Shown one piece after another: positions 1 to 9,735 of a DNA stretch of 64,000 bases; the stretch's first letter is position 1; each line of letters begins with the position of its first letter. The translations under genes and the position numbers were made by a program. The notes under the pieces were generated by a model. It saw only the letters and a program-made list of their open reading frames with translations, made no database searches and was not told where the DNA came from. The stretch lies in contig JBAYLE010000002.1 of assembly GCA_041664225.1 (NCBI GenBank), positions 3,541 through 67,540 of the forward strand. Direction: 5' to 3'. This DNA is from Parcubacteria group bacterium. GTDB taxonomy: Bacteria > Patescibacteriota > Minisyncoccia > Moranbacterales > UBA2206.

Positions 1-1
1 T

Positions 2-259
2 ATTGGAGATGGTGCGAGATTTTCATTTGATAATATGATCATCACTTCTACGCACAGTCTGAAAGATTTTAAAAAAATTACAGCGAAACCGGTTTGGATT
101 GGAAAAAATGTATGGGTAACAAGCCGTTGCATCATTATGCCAGGCGTAAAAATAGGAGATAACTCCGTAATCAGCGCTGGTAGCATTGTTAGAGACGACA
201 TTCCGGCCAATTGCATTGCCGCAGGCAACCCGGCCAAGGTGGTCAAATATCTGGAATAA
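2..259 (+). CDS. Hexapeptide-repeat O-acyltransferase (maltose/galactoside acetyltransferase-like), 5'-partial
   Basis: PVWIGKNVWV..IMPGVKIGDNSVISAGSIV..AAGNPAKVVK left-handed beta-helix motifs; frame is open back to the window start (IGDGARFSFDN). Confidence 0.85.
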   Translation: MGDGARFSFDNMIITSTHSLKDFKKITAKPVWIGKNVWVTSRCIIMPGVKIGDNSVISAGSIVRDDIPANCIAAGNPAKVVKYLE

Positions 260-260
260 A

Positions 261-1130
261 ATGAAAATATCTAAAAGAATAATTTTTTATATCAAGATAA
301 CGCCTTTTAAAAAAATACCAAAGGAGGTGTTTTTTCGTTTTTTTCCCAACTTTGCCTGGAAGATTAACAAGTGGCAACTAAAAAAAATGATTCGCGAATT
401 GCAGAAAAAAAACAAGGAGTTCATCCTGGAAATAAGATTTGGGGGACTGGGCGACCATTTGATCTTCTCAGCTTTTCCAGAAATTTTTGCTAAAAAATTT
501 AATATTAAATTTTATTTGTCATCCCGCTCTGTTTTTGGTCATGAGGAAACAAGAAATATCGTATGGAGAGATAATCCGTATGTTAAATTTATCGATGCGC
601 CTGGAAAAGAATTGAGTTGCCCTAAAATAGATAAATACAAGAATTATAACGATGCTTTCGCAGACATTTTCGAGTTAGGAGAAGAAGAACAAAAGGTAAA
701 AATTTATTACAAGCCCAAAAAAATGGATGTAAACGAGGAAGATATTCTCTGTGATTTAACGTTTGGTCGAGCCGGAGGACATAATGGATACAAAGAAAAA
801 ATTTTTGAGGATAATGTAATAAAATATTTACGGAATAATTTTAGTGATAAAACTTTTATCTTATTGATGCCAGATGCTGAATATGCCGATAAATCATTGG
901 CGAATGCTGTTATGCGGAGCGGATTAAAATATAAAATTCAAACAGTAAAAAACATCCATCACTTAGCTGATTTTTTGTATTCCTACCCAACACGGATACT
1001 TTTGTATAGTGGTGCAGCAAGTCTGGCTGTAGCAATAAATTGTAAGGCAACTGTTCTTTGCAACAAACTTTCAAATCCTTATTTTCAATACGGCATTCAT
1101 AATTACGTGCGACTGGTAAAAAAAGATTAG
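261..1130 (+). CDS. Putative glycosyltransferase (GT9/heptosyltransferase-like fold)
   Basis: N-terminal RFGGLGDHLIFS and C-terminal YSGAASLAVA resemble GT9 GLGD..DSG..HLA motifs; ATG at 261 follows the upstream stop. Confidence 0.5.
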   Translation: MKISKRIIFYIKITPFKKIPKEVFFRFFPNFAWKINKWQLKKMIRELQKKNKEFILEIRFGGLGDHLIFSAFPEIFAKKFNIKFYLSSRSVFGHEETRNIVWRDNPYVKFIDAPGKELSCPKIDKYKNYNDAFADIFELGEEEQKVKIYYKPKKMDVNEEDILCDLTFGRAGGHNGYKEKIFEDNVIKYLRNNFSDKTFILLMPDAEYADKSLANAVMRSGLKYKIQTVKNIHHLADFLYSYPTRILLYSGAASLAVAINCKATVLCNKLSNPYFQYGIHNYVRLVKKD

Positions 1131-1134
1131 ATAT

Positions 1135-2091
1135 ATGCCTGAAAAAGAATACAAAAACGCAATTTGTTCCCTATGCCGAAAAGAAGGCATCGAACTTTTT
1201 ATCGCTAAAGATAAAGTTCACAAAAAACCAGGGGTATTCCACGTCTTTCATTGTCAAAACTGTCAAGTCGATTTCATTGAATGCCCAGAAGATCTGACTG
1301 ACTATTACGATAACAATTATTTTTCTGACCTAATCAATGAAAAAAGTTTATTGTTCCGCATAAAATCGCATGTTATAGCTAATTTTTATGCGCCATCAGG
1401 ATTCATCAAGAAAAAAATATACGGTTTTCTCCTGGGCTTTATTGCCGCCTTACCCCAAGAAAAAGGGCGAATTTTGGATGTTGGTTGTGGCCCAGGTGAT
1501 ATCTTGTATTTGCTAAAAAAAGTAGGATTTGATGTGTATGGGCTGGATATTAGCCAATATGCGGTTGATGCAGCCCACAAAAACGGTCTAGAAAATGTTG
1601 CTTTAGGCATGGAAGACAAATTGGCCGAGTATTCCGATGAATTTTTTGATTGCATCCGCGGTTCACATGTTATTGAACATATGCCGGATCCAATCAAATT
1701 TCTAAATTTATGCCGGCGAAAATTAAAGAATGGTGGTTCGCTTATTCTTGCTACTCCAAATATCAACTCCTTTAATCGGGTTATTTTCGGCGAACACACT
1801 AAATGTTACCGCGACATCCCAAGACACATTATTTTGTTTTCAAACAAAGGGATTACTAAAATTTTGAAAAAAGCTGGGTTTGGGGATGCTAGGATAACTT
1901 ATAGAAATATGTTTAGTGATTTTTATGAGGGATTGTTTTGTTTTTTGGATGACAAATTTAAGATTTTAAATACGACTTTAGGAAAAAAGCTTTATAGAAA
2001 TATTTTTATCAATTTTATCTTTTTACCAATCGACTTTTTCGCTATAATGATTGGAGGTGGAGAAACAATGACGGTTAACATTAGAAAATAA
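1135..2091 (+). CDS. Class I SAM-dependent methyltransferase with N-terminal Zn ribbon (glycan locus type)
   Basis: CSLC...CQNC, ILDVGCGPG, GLDIS, HVIEH, TPN motifs. Confidence 0.85.
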   Translation: MPEKEYKNAICSLCRKEGIELFIAKDKVHKKPGVFHVFHCQNCQVDFIECPEDLTDYYDNNYFSDLINEKSLLFRIKSHVIANFYAPSGFIKKKIYGFLLGFIAALPQEKGRILDVGCGPGDILYLLKKVGFDVYGLDISQYAVDAAHKNGLENVALGMEDKLAEYSDEFFDCIRGSHVIEHMPDPIKFLNLCRRKLKNGGSLILATPNINSFNRVIFGEHTKCYRDIPRHIILFSNKGITKILKKAGFGDARITYRNMFSDFYEGLFCFLDDKFKILNTTLGKKLYRNIFINFIFLPIDFFAIMIGGGETMTVNIRK

Positions 2092-2127
2092 TCCATCCTA
2101 ATAATATCAATAAAAAAAGCTACTTCC

Positions 2128-4344
2128 ATGACGTATATTTATAAAAAATTATCACAGATTATTTCCATTATAGAAAAAAATATTTTTGTGATTACTTTGG
2201 TTTTAATTTCAATGGTTACCTATAACCATTTTTTGCTTAATTTTAATAATTTGTTATTTGACGATTTTATATTTCGCTTCAATGAATCGCTAAAAGAACT
2301 CCCTCTCTATCCCCAGAGCTGGCTATCTAACACCAATATGGGTGTTATACACGGCCAACCCTTTCTTTATCCTCTACATTTATTTTGGGGAATTTTATCC
2401 AGATTAGGAATTGGATGGAATATAATTGAAAGAATCTTTTTTTTCTGGCCGCTTATAATAATAGCTCCTCTTGCATCGTTTTTATTATTCAAAAAGCTTT
2501 TAAAATCCAATTTGGGCGCGGCTATTGGAAGTATTTTATTTACCTACAATTCTTACTTTATGGTAGCGCTTAACTATGGGTTCTTTTTTATTATTATTTC
2601 GCAAATCCTGGCTCCTCTTTTTTTGCTCTTGCTTTTTAAAACCCTAGAAAACAAAAGGTTTGATTATTCCGTGATTACTGGAATAATAGGATTTCTGATA
2701 ACCTCTTACGATTTCAGGACGTTCTATATTGTTGGTTGTATAGCATTATTATACGTAATTTTTTCTTTGTTTATCGACAAGGAAAGCAAGCTCTCAATCA
2801 AAAATATTTTTCTTTTTTTCATGCCCTTCATAATCGTTTTATTATTAAACAGTTTTTGGCTCATTAAATTTGTAAATGGCAGTTCTGATTACGCCTCTAT
2901 TTTAGACAGAGGTTTTCAGACAGTTTGGTCTCATAATTTAATCAACTCTTTATCTTTACACCATCCATATTATGGCGCGGGTGAAACTCTACATGGAGGC
3001 ACCTTTGATTCTTTGGAAAATGTCAGATTTTACTTTTGGATCATACCTATAGCGGCCCTTCTAGGAATTATTTTAAATAAAAGAAATGCAAAAATTCTCA
3101 TCATTGGGGTGATGACACTCATTTTTATTTTAATAGCTAAACAACATGCCCCACCCTTTACTGGTCTGTATGAATGGCTATATTACAACATCCCCGGATT
3201 TAATGCTTTTCGCGAAGCAGGTAAATTTTATTTTGCCATAGCTATGGGGTATTCAATTTTGGTTGGCTCGTTTATCAAGTGGATTTGGGAAAACTGGACA
3301 AAAATCACGAGTAAAAAGATTTATTCAAAATATTTAATAATATCAGCAATTACCATTATTCTGTTGCTAAATACTATTCATTTATACCAAGGAAAGGATC
3401 CGATTTTTACCAATCCCAAAGAAATACCTCCCGATTATCAGATATTTAAAGATTTCTTTCTAAAACAGCCTGATTATTCTGGTGTCCTTTGGATTCCTAA
3501 CGCCTCAAAACAATGGGCAGCTACATATACTAATAATCATCCTTCATTGGGGCTAGAAAGTATGACATTAGATTGGGGCTGGAAAGATTTTGTTTCGCAT
3601 AATTATAAAAATGGTAACTATCCTTATGGCGATGAAATCACAGCACCTCTCAAGCAATCATACGCTAACACATTACTGGACGTTTCTTCTGTGAAATATA
3701 TCGCAATTCAGTTGAATGACGGACCAAATCTGACAGAGTCTTTTATTGATTTAGCACGAATGTATGGCGAACGCAATTTTTTCATTAGCGAATTAGATGA
3801 TCTTCAGTATTTAAAGAAAATTGACATTGGGACGAAAGACCTTGTTGTTTATGAAAACAAAAATTTTAAGCCGCTTTTGTATACCACAAACGAAAAAGAG
3901 ACTATCTATGACAGTATTCGTTTTCAACCAGTAAACTATAAATTCATTGATTCTACGGAATACAATATTTCTATTGAAAATATATCTCGCCCTATATATT
4001 TAAATTTTGCCCAAACTTATCATCCCGAATGGAAAATTAGAGCAGGGGACTTCATCTGGATAAAGACTCTAATGGGCGAAAAATATTTTTTACCAGACGA
4101 AAATCACTATAAGAATACGGCTAATTTGAATTCTTTTTATATCGATCCCAAAGAAACTTGCCAGTCAAGCGACTCTTGCCATCAAAATCCCGACGGCAGT
4201 TTTAATATTGAGTTGACCCTCTATTTCAAGCCCCAATCATATTTCTATCTTGGCTTGATTATTTCAGGCCTAATCCTCGCCGGACTCTTGGGCTATCTGG
4301 GATGGGACTTTGCGAAGCGTCACAGAAATAATAATCTTAAATAA
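2128..4344 (+). CDS. Polytopic membrane protein, GT-C-like (AftD/DUF3367/YfhO-like)
   Basis: Many TM segments, PGFNAFREAGKF loop motif, C-terminal soluble domain with FAQTYHPEW and terminal TM. Confidence 0.6.
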   Translation: MTYIYKKLSQIISIIEKNIFVITLVLISMVTYNHFLLNFNNLLFDDFIFRFNESLKELPLYPQSWLSNTNMGVIHGQPFLYPLHLFWGILSRLGIGWNIIERIFFFWPLIIIAPLASFLLFKKLLKSNLGAAIGSILFTYNSYFMVALNYGFFFIIISQILAPLFLLLLFKTLENKRFDYSVITGIIGFLITSYDFRTFYIVGCIALLYVIFSLFIDKESKLSIKNIFLFFMPFIIVLLLNSFWLIKFVNGSSDYASILDRGFQTVWSHNLINSLSLHHPYYGAGETLHGGTFDSLENVRFYFWIIPIAALLGIILNKRNAKILIIGVMTLIFILIAKQHAPPFTGLYEWLYYNIPGFNAFREAGKFYFAIAMGYSILVGSFIKWIWENWTKITSKKIYSKYLIISAITIILLLNTIHLYQGKDPIFTNPKEIPPDYQIFKDFFLKQPDYSGVLWIPNASKQWAATYTNNHPSLGLESMTLDWGWKDFVSHNYKNGNYPYGDEITAPLKQSYANTLLDVSSVKYIAIQLNDGPNLTESFIDLARMYGERNFFISELDDLQYLKKIDIGTKDLVVYENKNFKPLLYTTNEKETIYDSIRFQPVNYKFIDSTEYNISIENISRPIYLNFAQTYHPEWKIRAGDFIWIKTLMGEKYFLPDENHYKNTANLNSFYIDPKETCQSSDSCHQNPDGSFNIELTLYFKPQSYFYLGLIISGLILAGLLGYLGWDFAKRHRNNNLK

Positions 4345-4379
4345 AAGTATTTTGGTTATTCATAGCAGCAAGGGAGTTT

Positions 4380-4423
4380 AATTGTAACAAAATGTTACAA
4401 TTGGAGTGCTAAAATGTTACAAT
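4380..4423. promoter_or_regulatory. Palindromic operator-like site with a third half-site overlapping an extended -10
   Basis: AATTGTAACA-AAA-TGTTACAATT (4380-4402); AAAATGTTACAAT repeated at 4389 and 4411. Confidence 0.5.
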
Positions 4424-4438
4424 AAAATTAAAGAAACT

Positions 4439-6055
4439 ATGGAAAAATATCTGAAAAAATATTATCGCCTTTTTTTTCTGGCTGTCGCCGTTCTGCTTTT
4501 GTATCCGACTTTGCAAAGGGGATATATTTTTCTTCTTGACTGGATGGTGGAACCGAATATTGCCTTTTCCGATATCAATCTTCTTTCTGATTCCATCGGG
4601 TGGATAACTTACAAATTTCTGGCTATTGTTTTTTCATTCGCCGTTTTTCAAAAAATTCTTCTCTTCGCCATTGTATATTTTTTGGGTCTGGCGGGTTTTC
4701 GGCTGGCAAAACGAACTAGGAATATCTATGCCCAATATTTCGCGGGACTCTTTTTCATTTTTAACCCGTTCATCTACGCACGATTAGTGGAGCAGATCAA
4801 TGTCATCGTTGGCAGCGTTTTGTTTTTATGGTTTTTGGTATATTTTCTGGAATATCTGGAAGAAGATGTTTTAAAAAAACTTGTCTGGTCTGCTATTTTA
4901 GCAGCGCTGGCTATTTCCTTTTTCCCGCATTGCGCTTTTTTAGTTGCTGCAACTTTTCTTGTCCTAGTTATCTCTAATTTTATCAGCAAAAAAGATTGGA
5001 AATTAATTTTTAAAACAGCCTTGATATTCGGGGCAATAGTTATATCTTTAAACAGTAATTGGCTTTTTTCTTTTTCCCAAAACCGAGGAGATTTGGCTGT
5101 GGTGGAAAATTTTTCCCAAGCTGATTGGAAATCATTCGAAACAAGCTCTATCGGAGGCGATTCGGTTTACACGACAGTCCTAGCCCTGCAGGGGTATTGG
5201 GGAGAATATCAAGATCGATTTGTTTCCATTAGGGAAAACCCGCTTTGGAGCCCCGCTTTTCTCTTGATTTTTGCCCTGTCAGTCTTCGGCGCAATCAAAT
5301 TGTGGAAAAAAGATCCTCATGCGAAACCGCTGATATTCCTGTTTTTTATCGCTTATATTCTGGCTATCGGCATATCGTCGCCGATTACTAAGCCTCTTTC
5401 CGTCTTTCTTTATAATTATCTGCCTTTTTATACCGGTTTACGTGAGCCGCAAAAATGGGTGATTGTTTTAGTTTTCGTCTATGCATATTTGGGCGGTTGG
5501 GGCATCAAATATCTCTTAGAAACTAAAAAATTTAAGGATTATCGCACAGAAATAGGAATCTTCTGCGCAATTCTCCCGATTATTTTTTCTTTTTCAGCCA
5601 TCCAGGGCATGCGCGAGCATTTCACGCCGCAAGAGTTTCCCGTAGAGTGGCAAGGGGCCAAAAATTTTCTCAAGGAAAATCCGACTGATGGTAAAATTTT
5701 GTTTTTACCCTGGCATTCGTATATGGAATTTAGTTTTGCCGGCAAAAATATTATAAACCCAGCACAGTCTTTTTTTGGGAAAAATATTATTGTGGGCAAC
5801 AACACCGAATTTGGGCCGGTCTATTCACACTATTCTGATCCGCGAACCCTGGCCATTGAAAAATATATGCCCAGAAAAAATAATCCTTCGGAAAAAATAA
5901 ACTATGCTGATTTTATTTCTGATATGGAAAAATTCAAAATTCAAAAAATAATTTTGGCCAAAGACGAAGATTGGCAAAAATATGCCTGGCTTGATACTAT
6001 ACAAACAACCAAGGTTTTGGAAAATAATAAGCTAAAAATATACGACCTCCAATGA
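4439..6055 (+). CDS. Polytopic membrane protein, GT-C-like, distantly similar to 2128..4344
   Basis: Many TM helices, FYTGLREPQKW motif, ILFLPW in C-terminal soluble domain. Confidence 0.6.
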   Translation: MEKYLKKYYRLFFLAVAVLLLYPTLQRGYIFLLDWMVEPNIAFSDINLLSDSIGWITYKFLAIVFSFAVFQKILLFAIVYFLGLAGFRLAKRTRNIYAQYFAGLFFIFNPFIYARLVEQINVIVGSVLFLWFLVYFLEYLEEDVLKKLVWSAILAALAISFFPHCAFLVAATFLVLVISNFISKKDWKLIFKTALIFGAIVISLNSNWLFSFSQNRGDLAVVENFSQADWKSFETSSIGGDSVYTTVLALQGYWGEYQDRFVSIRENPLWSPAFLLIFALSVFGAIKLWKKDPHAKPLIFLFFIAYILAIGISSPITKPLSVFLYNYLPFYTGLREPQKWVIVLVFVYAYLGGWGIKYLLETKKFKDYRTEIGIFCAILPIIFSFSAIQGMREHFTPQEFPVEWQGAKNFLKENPTDGKILFLPWHSYMEFSFAGKNIINPAQSFFGKNIIVGNNTEFGPVYSHYSDPRTLAIEKYMPRKNNPSEKINYADFISDMEKFKIQKIILAKDEDWQKYAWLDTIQTTKVLENNKLKIYDLQ

Positions 6056-6465
6056 AAGAAATCAATCTTGAAATTAAACTGCCTGCTTTTTGGGACACAT
6101 ACCTAGCCGGAAAGATAGCTAGAATCATTGTTTCGCTTGCCTGGCTATTTTTCACTGCCTACATCGGGACTGAACATCTTTTCACATTTATAGAAATGCT
6201 CGTTTTGGCGTATCTTGGCCTTTCTATAATCTGGAGACTTTCCAGCCGCGTCTCCGCCGTCATTGCTTTATTATTTCTTATTGCTGAGCCATTTTTACTC
6301 TATTTTAAAAATGACGCGCTGGCGGAGACTTTCGCCGTATATGCCTTCTATTTTCTAGTTATAACCGTCTTCCAAGAGGTTTTATGGCTTAAACATGAGC
6401 AAAAAACCTTGCCCGAACGCCCTGTGGATAACTCACCTGGACACCCCAAAAGAAAGATTGTATAA
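6052..6465 (+). CDS. Small 4-TM hypothetical membrane protein
   Basis: Hydrophobic ORF, ATGA overlap with upstream stop. Confidence 0.6.
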   Translation: MKEINLEIKLPAFWDTYLAGKIARIIVSLAWLFFTAYIGTEHLFTFIEMLVLAYLGLSIIWRLSSRVSAVIALLFLIAEPFLLYFKNDALAETFAVYAFYFLVITVFQEVLWLKHEQKTLPERPVDNSPGHPKRKIV

Positions 6466-6466
6466 T
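6423..6466 (+). promoter_or_regulatory. DnaA box next to a sigma70 promoter
   Basis: TGTGGATAA (6423-6431, reverse complement of TTATCCACA), then TGGACA-17nt-TATAAT (6438-6466). Confidence 0.55.
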
Positions 6467-6547
6467 AAAGATAATATTAACAAAATGTTTGGTCGATTGC
6501 ATTTTGCAACTAGCTAGTTGAGTTTAATTTGTCAAAAACAAAAAATA

Positions 6548-6907
6548 ATGAAAAGAATTCTAACATTATCCCTCTTGTTTGCTGTAAGCATCGCTATGGT
6601 CGCAGGTGTGGCTCTGGCCAATTATGGCGACAAAAACAGCCTTTCCGGTTATGTAAAAGAAAAGGGAACCTTAGCCGGCATTAAGGGTGCTAAAGTCAAA
6701 ATCTATACTCAGGGCGGCACCAAAAAGGGTTCTGACACGACCAATATAAAAGGAAAGTATTCGATCAAGAAATTGACCGAGAAGAAATATGTAGTTCGAG
6801 TGACAGCAAGCGGATGGCATGATCCGAAGAATGTCCAGAAGAACAAGATTTCCAGCACCGTCAAAGTGGATGGAAGCAAAAATAGAAACTTCTATTTTGT
6901 AAAATAA
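6548..6907 (+). CDS. Secreted protein with carboxypeptidase-regulatory-like (prealbumin-like) domain
   Basis: Signal peptide ending ALA, LSGYVKE..GIKGAKV..TTNIKGKYSI..YVVRVTASGW pattern; very Lys-rich. Confidence 0.7.
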   Translation: MKRILTLSLLFAVSIAMVAGVALANYGDKNSLSGYVKEKGTLAGIKGAKVKIYTQGGTKKGSDTTNIKGKYSIKKLTEKKYVVRVTASGWHDPKNVQKNKISSTVKVDGSKNRNFYFVK

Positions 6908-6926
6908 TTTTCTTATCCAATCCTTA

Positions 6927-6954
6927 CAAAAAACGTCCGCGCGGACGTTTTTTG
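6927..6954. terminator. Perfect 28-bp palindrome, bidirectional intrinsic terminator
   Basis: CAAAAAACGTCCGC|GCGGACGTTTTTTG. Confidence 0.75.
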
Positions 6955-6992
6955 ATATTGACCAAAAAAATAAAAAGGGTCATAATAAGAAC

Positions 6993-7802
6993 ATGAACAA
7001 AAACAATAAACTGATCAAGCAAAAAGCCATAGTGTTTTCGATAATCATAATCTTGGTCGCGGGAGGATATTTTTTATATCAATATTATCAAAAAAAGACA
7101 GCGGCTGAATTTGCGGTTGAGGAAAAAATATCCGAGTTTGAGAATAAGATTCCATTGCAATGCGAAAATGGAGAATGGACTGAATTTCCGGATTACGCGC
7201 AAGCTGGAAACTTTCCAGAATTCAAAGGCAACGCAACCCTAAAAATGAAAGATGCCGAAAATTTTACTGACGCAGATGGCGCAGACTTCTTTACTACAGA
7301 TGAAAATTATTCGCTGGCTTTTTTCGCCGACAAAGCCGTCCGCATCGAGGGCTTGAATATCAGCTCAAGCAGCAAAAAAGAGATTTATGTCAAGCGGATC
7401 AAGTGCGTAGGTAAAGAAGCAGATCCGGAAATCCAATCACAAAGGCAAAACCTGATGAAATATTTGAGCGCCAACATCAACTCGCTGGCTCTCGAAAAAA
7501 GCGCCGTTGATGCGTGGCAAATCAATACTTTCTATTTTGTGAATGACAATGATATTTATGTGGAATATGAATCGCTGGGCTCTGTCGGCGGCGACGAACC
7601 CTATGACGGCCGTCTTTGGCTGATCCGGGCAACCAAACTGGAACGGACAATACCTGCCATCGAAACATTGGCCTATATACGAGAAGACGCGAAAGATCCA
7701 AGCAAAAACATCTTGAAACAGGGGACTGACTTATATAAAGACGCCACTGGCATGGCCGTTTATGAGCTTAATGACGATGCCACCAGATGGGTTATGCAAT
7801 AA
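6993..7802 (+). CDS. Hypothetical single-TM extracytoplasmic protein
   Basis: N-terminal TM anchor, acidic ectodomain with 2 Cys; TTGACC-17-CATAAT promoter ends 6 nt before the ATG. Confidence 0.7.
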   Translation: MNKNNKLIKQKAIVFSIIIILVAGGYFLYQYYQKKTAAEFAVEEKISEFENKIPLQCENGEWTEFPDYAQAGNFPEFKGNATLKMKDAENFTDADGADFFTTDENYSLAFFADKAVRIEGLNISSSSKKEIYVKRIKCVGKEADPEIQSQRQNLMKYLSANINSLALEKSAVDAWQINTFYFVNDNDIYVEYESLGSVGGDEPYDGRLWLIRATKLERTIPAIETLAYIREDAKDPSKNILKQGTDLYKDATGMAVYELNDDATRWVMQ

Positions 7803-7819
7803 TAAATAAAAAAACACAT

Positions 7820-9652
7820 ATGCCTAATAAAACTGTCAAAGTTTCCATAAAACCGCTGAAGATATTCTTCATATTTTTGATCGCTGTTGTTGCTTCGGGA
7901 ATTGTTTATTTTACGAAATCAAATTTGAAAAAATCTTCTACGACCATCCGCAATGAGAACAAGATTGCGCAGGAACAGGAAATCGTCATGCCGTTAGAAA
8001 CCGGCGTGGCTGATTCTGGCCTTGAAAACACTTCTACTGTTGTTTCCGGACTGAACGCAAAGGTAATTTTCGACAGCTTTGAAGAAATTGACGGCAACAG
8101 CAGCCTAAAAGCAACTTTTCTGGAAAATCCATCTGCTTCAATAAAAATAAGCGACTATTTCAACAACATCGAGCCGGAAAAGTTCTATCGCTTGAGTTTT
8201 TTAGCAAAAACTTCCGCTAACAAAGAAATCGGTGTGTCTCTGCTGGGGGATGGCGATACCCAGAATTTGGGACAGCTAAAAATGCCGGGCAACAAAGGAG
8301 TGCGGTATTATGAGTTCAATTTTCAAGCGCAAAACAGCGCCCAAGATCTGGCACTGACATCCGGCGACAACACGCGAGCCGACATCTGGCTGGATGACTT
8401 TATGCTGGAATCATTGGATGTGAACTCCCCGGAAGAATTGCAAAATTTGAAACCGACGATTTTTGGCGATACCTCCTGGAAAAATACCGACCAATCACAA
8501 ACCGAAGATGAAAAGAATTCAGAAGATCTTTTGTCCAGAGCGGGAAACAAAATTGGACAAATTTTCCAACCATCCCAACCGCTTATTTCCGGTGCTGCCT
8601 TCAAAATTCAAAAAGTGGGAACTGGCGGAAAGGGAAACTATCAAATCCAATTGCGCGAATATGACCAAAATCTGGGAATAATTTCAGACAAAATACTAGC
8701 CTCGCGAAATATTTACGATGATTATCCACCCTCGATTGCTGATGAAATAAAAGAGAAGGAGCAAAACATTCGTGAAAATTTCGCAAAAAATGAGGATGAC
8801 ATCCGAAAAGGCAGAATTTCTGACGATTCAGCATCCGATCAGTACCCATCGAGTTTTACTCAAGAACAAATTGACGGTGCCAAGGCCCAAAAACGCCAAG
8901 AAAAAATGGAAATTGCCATTGAGGACATGAAAGAATCCTATAACCAGCCCTATGAATTGGAGATCCCGATTGCGGCTAAAATAGACACCAACAAAAAATA
9001 TTGGATCGGCATCGATACGGCTGGTGTTAAAGTTGACAAGAACAATTACATTAAAATTTTTTATAACAGCAAGCTTACTAGCGCGGAGGCTGAATCAAGC
9101 TTTATCAGCGACAAGGCAAGTACTTGGCAAGAATTTTACACATTGTGGTTTAAAACTTTTTATCCCGTGCACGCCCAAACACAAGGAGAGATTATTCTCA
9201 GCGGTGCCTCAATCTCAGATTTTGGCAATGGGAAACTTTTATATCGTTATCAATTTAATGACCAGGATTATGAATCCATTTCCGGGTTTCCCGACCGGAG
9301 AATTTATGACATGTATTCAGGGAATTTTGACAGCTCTGATACTTATGGAAACTATAGATTTTCCAAAGATAATGATTACGCGATATATAAGTTTAATACA
9401 CTGTACCCATCCGAAAAAATAATCATTCGAGAAGGATCTTTCCACCAGGGTCTCGCCATTGAATTTTCAACCGATGGCGAAAATTGGGAAGAGGTATATT
9501 CGGAAAATCCAGCGGAAAATAACCAAAAAATTAACCCGATTGCAATCTATCTTGAAAGTAAGAGCTCCTCATTTTATTTAAAAATAAGGCCGGCTGGAAA
9601 TAATTGTATTTTATTAGATCTTTCGCTAGAGGCAGAATTGGCCTCAAATTAA
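7820..9652 (+). CDS. Membrane-anchored extracellular protein with probable beta-sandwich carbohydrate-binding-like domains
   Basis: N-terminal TM; YRLSFLAK..IWLDDFML (CBM4/9-like) and IEFSTDGENWEEV (F5/8-like) patterns. Confidence 0.55.
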   Translation: MPNKTVKVSIKPLKIFFIFLIAVVASGIVYFTKSNLKKSSTTIRNENKIAQEQEIVMPLETGVADSGLENTSTVVSGLNAKVIFDSFEEIDGNSSLKATFLENPSASIKISDYFNNIEPEKFYRLSFLAKTSANKEIGVSLLGDGDTQNLGQLKMPGNKGVRYYEFNFQAQNSAQDLALTSGDNTRADIWLDDFMLESLDVNSPEELQNLKPTIFGDTSWKNTDQSQTEDEKNSEDLLSRAGNKIGQIFQPSQPLISGAAFKIQKVGTGGKGNYQIQLREYDQNLGIISDKILASRNIYDDYPPSIADEIKEKEQNIRENFAKNEDDIRKGRISDDSASDQYPSSFTQEQIDGAKAQKRQEKMEIAIEDMKESYNQPYELEIPIAAKIDTNKKYWIGIDTAGVKVDKNNYIKIFYNSKLTSAEAESSFISDKASTWQEFYTLWFKTFYPVHAQTQGEIILSGASISDFGNGKLLYRYQFNDQDYESISGFPDRRIYDMYSGNFDSSDTYGNYRFSKDNDYAIYKFNTLYPSEKIIIREGSFHQGLAIEFSTDGENWEEVYSENPAENNQKINPIAIYLESKSSSFYLKIRPAGNNCILLDLSLEAELASN

Positions 9653-9676
9653 GGAAATTTAGCCAGAATTAAATCT

Positions 9677-9705
9677 TTGACTATTTCGGCTAAATTTTAT
9701 AAAAT
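9677..9705 (+). promoter_or_regulatory. Sigma70 promoter
   Basis: TTGACT-17nt-TAAAAT. Confidence 0.55.
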
Positions 9706-9735
9706 AATAGGGTAATATCTTGAAGAATAATTTTC

